A DNA stretch of 64,000 bases, from the IMG/VR virus record IMGVR_UViG_3300046167_000724; one strand, given 5' to 3'. Every line of letters starts with the position of its first letter. Position 1 is the stretch's first letter. Below, piece after piece: positions 58,999 to 64,000 of this stretch. The position numbers were made by a program, and so were the translations under genes. The stretch comes from a virus. Its lineage: Duplodnaviria > Caudoviricetes. Below the pieces are notes generated by a model. That model did not search any database, was not told the DNA's origin, and worked only from the letters and a program-made list of their open reading frames with translations.

Positions 58999-59500
58999 GA
59001 TTCTTGAGGCACTGACCGAAGGAATTACACACCCTGAAATATTTGAAACGATTGATTACAAAAAGCAGTCGGAAGATAAGATAAAGCAATTCATGTATCC
59101 ACACGTTTTGGATACTATGACAGAATACTTAATGACAAATAAGGGTATTTCTAGAACTGAGGCAAAGTCTAAAGTTAAAGAAATGTTACTTTGGGAAGGT
59201 AATGTTAAGACAACTGTTAAAAACATTATGTTCATGGGAACGCAAAACAGACCAGATATGGTTTTTGAAATTGCGGACCTTAAGGTGGCCATTGAGATTA
59301 AGAGAGGTGCTTCAGGTTCAGACTTAAGAGCTGGAATCGGTCAGTCTATCATTTACTCAACACATTATGATTTTGTACTAACACTGTTTATTGATACATC
59401 AGAAGACAAACGTGTTTTTAACGCTAGACAAGGTTCAAACGAGATTAACTTCACCGATACTCTTTGGAAGAACTACAATATTAAATTCATAACTATATAA
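58964..59500 (+). CDS. Putative PD-(D/E)XK nuclease-fold protein
   Basis: RPDMV..VAIEIK..DLRAGIGQ..Y. Confidence 0.55.
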   Translation: MKQASKSKKRLEILEALTEGITHPEIFETIDYKKQSEDKIKQFMYPHVLDTMTEYLMTNKGISRTEAKSKVKEMLLWEGNVKTTVKNIMFMGTQNRPDMVFEIADLKVAIEIKRGASGSDLRAGIGQSIIYSTHYDFVLTLFIDTSEDKRVFNARQGSNEINFTDTLWKNYNIKFITI

Positions 59501-59506
59501 TAGCCC

Positions 59507-60034
59507 ATGGCTACATTTATAATTGCAAACTGTCAATTTGGCAGAAACGGTATTATTAAGAAGAACAAAAGACCTTTTGGTAATGTTATAGACATGAATG
59601 AAGAGATGGTTCAACGTTGGAATGCCGTAGTAACTGAAAACGATACAGTTATGCATTTAGGTAACTTTGCATGGGACCCAACAACTGCTGAAGAGATGTT
59701 CAATACATTAAACTTCAAACAGCTTTTACTAGTTCCGGCAGAACACGACCAACCTCTTTTTGAAATGATGTCAACTGATATGTTACCGGACAATGTTAAA
59801 ATCATTAATAGGATATTTGAACAGCCTACCTCAAACGCAACTTTCTCATATTGGCCTATGTTAGAATGGCCTATGAAAGATAAGGGTCACTATTTATTCT
59901 ACGGTTATTATGGTAAGAAATATAAGCCAGACCATAAAAAGAAGATGATTAACATGGCGTGTGAGTTTTGGAATTACACACCACAAAATTTAAACACATT
60001 AGTACGTCTTTTTGAAGATGATTTTGAGGCATAA
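59507..60034 (+). CDS. Calcineurin-like metallophosphoesterase homolog with degenerate metal ligands
   Basis: Scaffold RPF..V.DMNEEMVQRWNAVV..DTVMHLG retained, but ANCQFG, LGN and AEHD replace SDxHFG, LGD and GNHD. Confidence 0.7.
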   Translation: MATFIIANCQFGRNGIIKKNKRPFGNVIDMNEEMVQRWNAVVTENDTVMHLGNFAWDPTTAEEMFNTLNFKQLLLVPAEHDQPLFEMMSTDMLPDNVKIINRIFEQPTSNATFSYWPMLEWPMKDKGHYLFYGYYGKKYKPDHKKKMINMACEFWNYTPQNLNTLVRLFEDDFEA

Positions 60035-60113
60035 TTGTTAGTAACTTTATCTCCATTTATTTTTTTATGTCAAATATATTTTGTATATTAGTAGTATAAT
60101 TAAAAATAAGCAT

Positions 60114-60668
60114 ATGGCAAATCACATGGAATGCTACGTTCAAGTAGCGAATTTAACATCAGAAGGTGAAACCTTTTTAAAAAATGTTTTAGCACCTGAT
60201 GAAAATGAATATGAATTTAGTACAAGCGGTCTATTAAAGAAACTTTACGGTTCAACTGATGAGCAAATTGACAGCCGTGAATATCGCGTAGAGAACATTG
60301 GTTCAAAATGGATACATGGTTCTCTTGAATATGTTGAAGATGGTGAAGCTGAGATTTCAACAACATCTGCATGGTCGGTGCCTTATCAAATGTTCTTACA
60401 ACTGTCAAAGTTATTAGTTAAGATTTCACCAGATGCCGTTATCACGGGAACTTACGAAGATGAAGGTTACGACCCATGTGGTGCTTTTATTATAGCAAAT
60501 GGCTATGATGATATTGAAGATGTTTTTGGAACTGACGATGTTGACCATGATAAGCTTTGGGAAGACGATGATTATCGTGATTCAATTACTGAAGCGTTAC
60601 ATGAAGAAAGAAACAATATGCTTCAAGCTTACCGTGAGTATCTTCGTGAATTAGCTGAAGAAATGTAA
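60114..60668 (+). CDS. Acidic protein, YubB/DUF1281-like ferredoxin fold (tentative)
   Basis: MANH.., YRVENIGSKW, TSAWSVP, TYEDEG; class I promoter upstream. Confidence 0.5.
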   Translation: MANHMECYVQVANLTSEGETFLKNVLAPDENEYEFSTSGLLKKLYGSTDEQIDSREYRVENIGSKWIHGSLEYVEDGEAEISTTSAWSVPYQMFLQLSKLLVKISPDAVITGTYEDEGYDPCGAFIIANGYDDIEDVFGTDDVDHDKLWEDDDYRDSITEALHEERNNMLQAYREYLRELAEEM

Positions 60669-60685
60669 AAATAAAAGCGATATAA

Positions 60686-60717
60686 TTTTTTTATGTCGTT
60701 TTTTTTACCTATATTTA
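60686..60717 (+). promoter_or_regulatory. Class I promoter upstream of the phage sigma factor
   Basis: TTTTTATGTC-N6-TTTACCTATATTTAC. Confidence 0.7.
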
Positions 60718-60744
60718 CATATAATCATTAAGCAAATAACATTT

Positions 60745-61344
60745 ATGACTTACCGCGAATTAACAGAAAACTACATTGAATCTCGTTCACACGATGACTA
60801 CACGGCTCTTTACAAGAAAGTAAAACCAGGATTAACCCGCTACATTGCAAACATTATTAAAGATGGTCCAATGGCAGAGGATATTGCAGTCAACACATTA
60901 ATTAAAATGTGGACTAAAATTGAGCAATACAATCCAGAGTATCAAATTACAACTTGGCTTTATCGTATTGCAATGAATGATGCATTAGGTTACATTCGTG
61001 AAAGAAATAAGTCAACTTCGATGGACCGACTTCGCGATGACTTTGGTATTGATGTAAATTCAAGTGGTACATTAGAAAGTAATTCTATACACGACCTAAT
61101 GGCCGAGGCTGAAATGAAAACTGAAATGGATTTCTATTCAGAAGAAGAAGAGTTAAACGAGCGTTACGAATTAGCCTTGAAAGCGATTCGCGATTTAAAG
61201 CCACTCTATCGTGAAATCTTAACAGACCGATTGATAAATAACATGAAGTATAAAGATATTGCTGTTAAATACAATATTAGCTTACAAACAGTTAAGAACC
61301 GTATTCGTAGAGGCCGTACTTTAATTACTGAAAGCATTGCTTAA
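60745..61344 (+). CDS. ECF-type sigma-70 family RNA polymerase sigma factor
   Basis: Region 2 AEDIAVNTLIKMW..ITTWLYRIAMN; region 4.2 L.PLYREIL..MKYKDIA..ISLQTVKNRIRRGR. Confidence 0.92.
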   Translation: MTYRELTENYIESRSHDDYTALYKKVKPGLTRYIANIIKDGPMAEDIAVNTLIKMWTKIEQYNPEYQITTWLYRIAMNDALGYIRERNKSTSMDRLRDDFGIDVNSSGTLESNSIHDLMAEAEMKTEMDFYSEEEELNERYELALKAIRDLKPLYREILTDRLINNMKYKDIAVKYNISLQTVKNRIRRGRTLITESIA

Positions 61345-61387
61345 ATAATAAAACATTTTTTACGCATATGATATAATATGTGTGAAA

Positions 61388-61473
61388 GCCGCGGTGGTGA
61401 AATTGGTATACACGAGGGACTTAAAATCCCTTGGACAGTAATGTCCGTGTCGGTTCGAGCCCGACCCGCGGTA
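61388..61473 (+). tRNA. tRNA-Leu(TAA)
   Basis: AGGGA-CTTAAAA-TCCCT anticodon arm; long variable arm. Confidence 0.96.
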
Positions 61474-61600
61474 CTAAAAAACTTTAAAAATAATTAACTA
61501 AAAGTTTTTTTATATCAATTTTTTTGCTTATATTTACTATGTAATCATCGGTGATGGTTTAATTTAATAGAGACAGAAAACCTTAATTAAATTAAATACT

Positions 61601-61798
61601 ATGGAAAAGATGATGACAAAACAGGAGAAAGAAGCAATTGCAAGAGAATTGTTCGGTGACTTAGTTGACACTTGTGAATCTTGCGAACGTGAGTTAGGTG
61701 TTTGGACTGAAAACCCTTTCGAGGCAGATGTTCGAAACGTAACTGTGATGGAGTTCTTATGTAAAGAGTGTTTTCACGAATTACGATTAGAAGTCTAA
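61601..61798 (+). CDS. Small CxxC-CxxC protein
   Basis: CESC...CKEC; class I promoter upstream. Confidence 0.6.
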   Translation: MEKMMTKQEKEAIARELFGDLVDTCESCERELGVWTENPFEADVRNVTVMEFLCKECFHELRLEV

Positions 61799-61819
61799 GT
61801 TCTTTGCTTAATGGTTTAA

Positions 61820-61893
61820 AGTCTTATAGCTCAGTTGGTTAGAGCACTACACTGATAATGTAGGGGTCCGCAGTTCGAGTCTGCGTAAGACTA
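61820..61893 (+). tRNA. tRNA-Ile(GAT)
   Basis: AGTCTTA/TAAGACT acceptor; CTACA-CTGATAA-TGTAG anticodon arm. Confidence 0.96.
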
Positions 61894-62112
61894 CAAAGAG
61901 GAGAAGAAGCGATCTGGATCTTCGAAGCATAACTGAAATTAGTTCACAAAGTAGGTTTTGTTTTGAATGTACATCGTGGCTCATGTAACGGCAATGCCCC
62001 GGAGAGAATATGGGTAAGTGAATCGTGCCGGTGAGGGAACCTCTATAAAATACAGGGAGTTATCCATTCGCGATGGTTATGATAACTTTAAAACAGAAAC
62101 CCTGTTTAATAA
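61894..62112 (+). ncRNA. Candidate structured RNA between tRNA-Ile and tRNA-Tyr
   Basis: At least five hairpins in ~210 nt, more GC-rich than other spacers; no family recognised. Confidence 0.3.
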
Positions 62113-62193
62113 TGGGAAGTTGAGCAATTGGTTGGCTCGACGGATTGTAAATCCGTTCCTAACGGCGTGGGGGTTCGAGTCCCTCCTTCCCAA
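62113..62193 (+). tRNA. tRNA-Tyr(GTA)
   Basis: TGGGAAG/CTTCCCA acceptor; ACGGA-TTGTAAA-TCCGT anticodon arm; long variable arm. Confidence 0.93.
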
Positions 62194-62212
62194 CTATGTT
62201 CAATATTTAAGG

Positions 62213-62240
62213 CCGTTCATGCACAATGAACGGTTTTTTT
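62213..62240 (+). terminator. Rho-independent terminator
   Basis: CCGTTCAT/ATGAACGG stem plus T run. Confidence 0.85.
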
Positions 62241-62261
62241 ATTTGAACAGATATATAACTT

Positions 62262-63212
62262 ATGCTTAATAAAGACCACGAAATAAATAGCAAACAACTG
62301 TTTTGGAAATTCAGAGCTGAAGATGGATTATTTTATCATAAGAAATATCCATGGGAACGCAATGATTTAGAATTCAAAGAATTTAGAGGTGAATACGATA
62401 CACTATTTAGAAGTGCATTGGCATATATAGCATATGGCGATGAAGATATTAAAAAAGGTATCTTAAGTTGTTTTAGACCATACATCATAGGTGAAGATCG
62501 TGACATTAGTAAAACTAAATATCAGGCAAGCAGGGCATCTAATCGTTTTGGAGAAGATGATGTTTCAAGAGACCAGATTATTTTAGCATTAGCAGCACTT
62601 GAATACAATGGAGATATTGATGAGGTTAAAGAGATTACAAACCGATTAAGCTTTAGAGTTAGTAAAAGGTTTTTAATGACACCAACTATGTGGTTTTGGG
62701 TAAAATATCTCGGTACAAGAAAACAAAGTTGGAAAAACGCATTCGCGTTTATGCAAACATTAGAACATTTTATCAATATAACATTAACAAAGGGTTTACG
62801 CTTTTTAGCAGGGGCTACTAAGTCAATACCAATACCACACGACCAACACTCAAAATTACCTTATAAAGATGGATTTAGACTTAAATTATATAAAGCGTTG
62901 GGTTATCCTGAATATGGACTTCATTTCGCTGCTTGGCAGTATTATGTAGTTCCGTTTGGTGGATTACTTGGTAAAATAAATAAGTCATTAATGAGATGGC
63001 AAGCACAAGATAAAAACTTGTTGTTTAGAGAATTATTAGATGGCAAACCAGTCACACAGGAAGAAATAGATGATTTTAAATCAACGAATACATTTATATG
63101 GCAACGTAGAGATGATATCAATATTGCATGGATTTATGAGTTAAAGCCTGAAGAAATTGAATTTAATGATATTGAAAGAGATATATTATTAGAAATAACA
63201 AGAATTAAATAA
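62262..63212 (+). CDS. Hypothetical protein (helical, late-promoter associated)
   Basis: 316-aa ORF preceded by GATATATA at 62250. Confidence 0.8.
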   Translation: MLNKDHEINSKQLFWKFRAEDGLFYHKKYPWERNDLEFKEFRGEYDTLFRSALAYIAYGDEDIKKGILSCFRPYIIGEDRDISKTKYQASRASNRFGEDDVSRDQIILALAALEYNGDIDEVKEITNRLSFRVSKRFLMTPTMWFWVKYLGTRKQSWKNAFAFMQTLEHFINITLTKGLRFLAGATKSIPIPHDQHSKLPYKDGFRLKLYKALGYPEYGLHFAAWQYYVVPFGGLLGKINKSLMRWQAQDKNLLFRELLDGKPVTQEEIDDFKSTNTFIWQRRDDINIAWIYELKPEEIEFNDIERDILLEITRIK

Positions 63213-64000
63213 ATGAAACTAATTAAACTTTACGAAGAATTCCTTAATGAAAAGGAAGATGCTAAAGACTTATATAAAATATATTTGGCAGTTGACCCTA
63301 AATCTGGTCAAAGATTTTGGAGTTTTAAAGGATTTGCAGGAAGTAAGTTTTTCGTGCAATTAACACCTGAAAACTACAAAGACGTTGATATTAATCCAGA
63401 CTATCCTGTATTAACATACAATTCCAGAATGGTTAATAAATTGTTAGACGCTAATCTTGTAAAGTTAGAAAACGTTTACAATAAACCAGAGTATATTAAG
63501 CAGTCTGGTTCAAAGGCTGAATTTCATAAGCTTGTTGAAGGTGATGAAAATATTCCAAAGACTTGTTATAAAACAGAAGATGCGGTAAAAGAGGTTGGAT
63601 TTCCAATGATTGCAAAACCAGCTGAAGGTCACTCGGGTATTGGTATCCAAGTCCTAAAAACACAAGAAGATTTTGATGCAGCGGACCACGATAAGCTTGA
63701 TGTGTATTCGGAATACATTGATAAGGTTTCTGAACATAGGTTTTTTACGTTTAAAGGTAAGCCGTTTTTTTGGCAAGAGAGAAACCCACAAAACGATAAA
63801 GCAAAAACAGGTGACGGTGATGGTAAAGAAAAGATGTCTTTCACATATACAAAAAAGAACCTTGAGAAACTACCACAAAAGTATTTAGACCTTATTGAGA
63901 AATATGGTAAAATCATGTCTGACCTACCGTACATTTGTTTTGATGTTATGGAGTCTAAAGATGGTAAGTTATACATTATTGAAAGTAACTCTCAACCTGG
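63213..64000 (+). CDS. ATP-grasp (RimK-like) ligase, truncated by the window end
   Basis: Hand translation open to the end: GFPMIAKPAEGHSGIGI, VYSEYI, FDVM..GKLYIIESNSQP. Confidence 0.88.
   Translation, partial: MKLIKLYEEFLNEKEDAKDLYKIYLAVDPKSGQRFWSFKGFAGSKFFVQLTPENYKDVDINPDYPVLTYNSRMVNKLLDANLVKLENVYNKPEYIKQSGSKAEFHKLVEGDENIPKTCYKTEDAVKEVGFPMIAKPAEGHSGIGIQVLKTQEDFDAADHDKLDVYSEYIDKVSEHRFFTFKGKPFFWQERNPQNDKAKTGDGDGKEKMSFTYTKKNLEKLPQKYLDLIEKYGKIMSDLPYICFDVMESKDGKLYIIESNSQP

Noticed and set aside
62090-62107. RNase P RNA (ACAGAAAC resembles CR-V)
   Set aside because: No GAGGAAAGUCC CR-I partner; the segment is a simple hairpin
62018-62269. 83-aa ORF from the track
   Set aside because: Overlaps tRNA-Tyr and a terminator

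Overview
A 64-kb, AT-rich segment of a large T4-like (myovirus-type) bacteriophage genome. The host is most likely Bacteroidota/Flavobacteria (inferred from a Bacteroidota-type bS21, A-rich leaders without Shine-Dalgarno sites, TAnnTTT-like promoters and tRNA genes without CCA). Every supported gene except one is on the + strand. Left to right: replication genes (clamp loader, 5'-3' exonuclease); a virion module (neck, TerS/TerL, sheath, tube, hub/chaperone, tape measure); 12 tRNAs in two clusters; an endolysin; a ~27-kb fibre locus; and accessory genes (aGPT-Pplase-like DNA-modification enzyme, Hsp20, DnaJ, bS21, PhoH, GNA1-like acetyltransferase, RNase HII, sulfotransferase, guanylate kinase, ECF sigma, ATP-grasp). 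Best lead: three very large collagen-like proteins are interleaved with enzymes that could modify them. These are a GT25 glycosyltransferase fused to a PLOD-type lysyl hydroxylase, a second 2OG-Fe(II) oxygenase, GT-A/GT-B glycosyltransferases and a J-domain/sulfotransferase fusion, which suggests a self-contained phage collagen hydroxylation/glycosylation system. Three recurring promoter motifs suggest an early-middle-late cascade. Several genes carry 1-2 nt indels that are probably sequencing errors. All family assignments come from motif recognition by eye; no searches were run.
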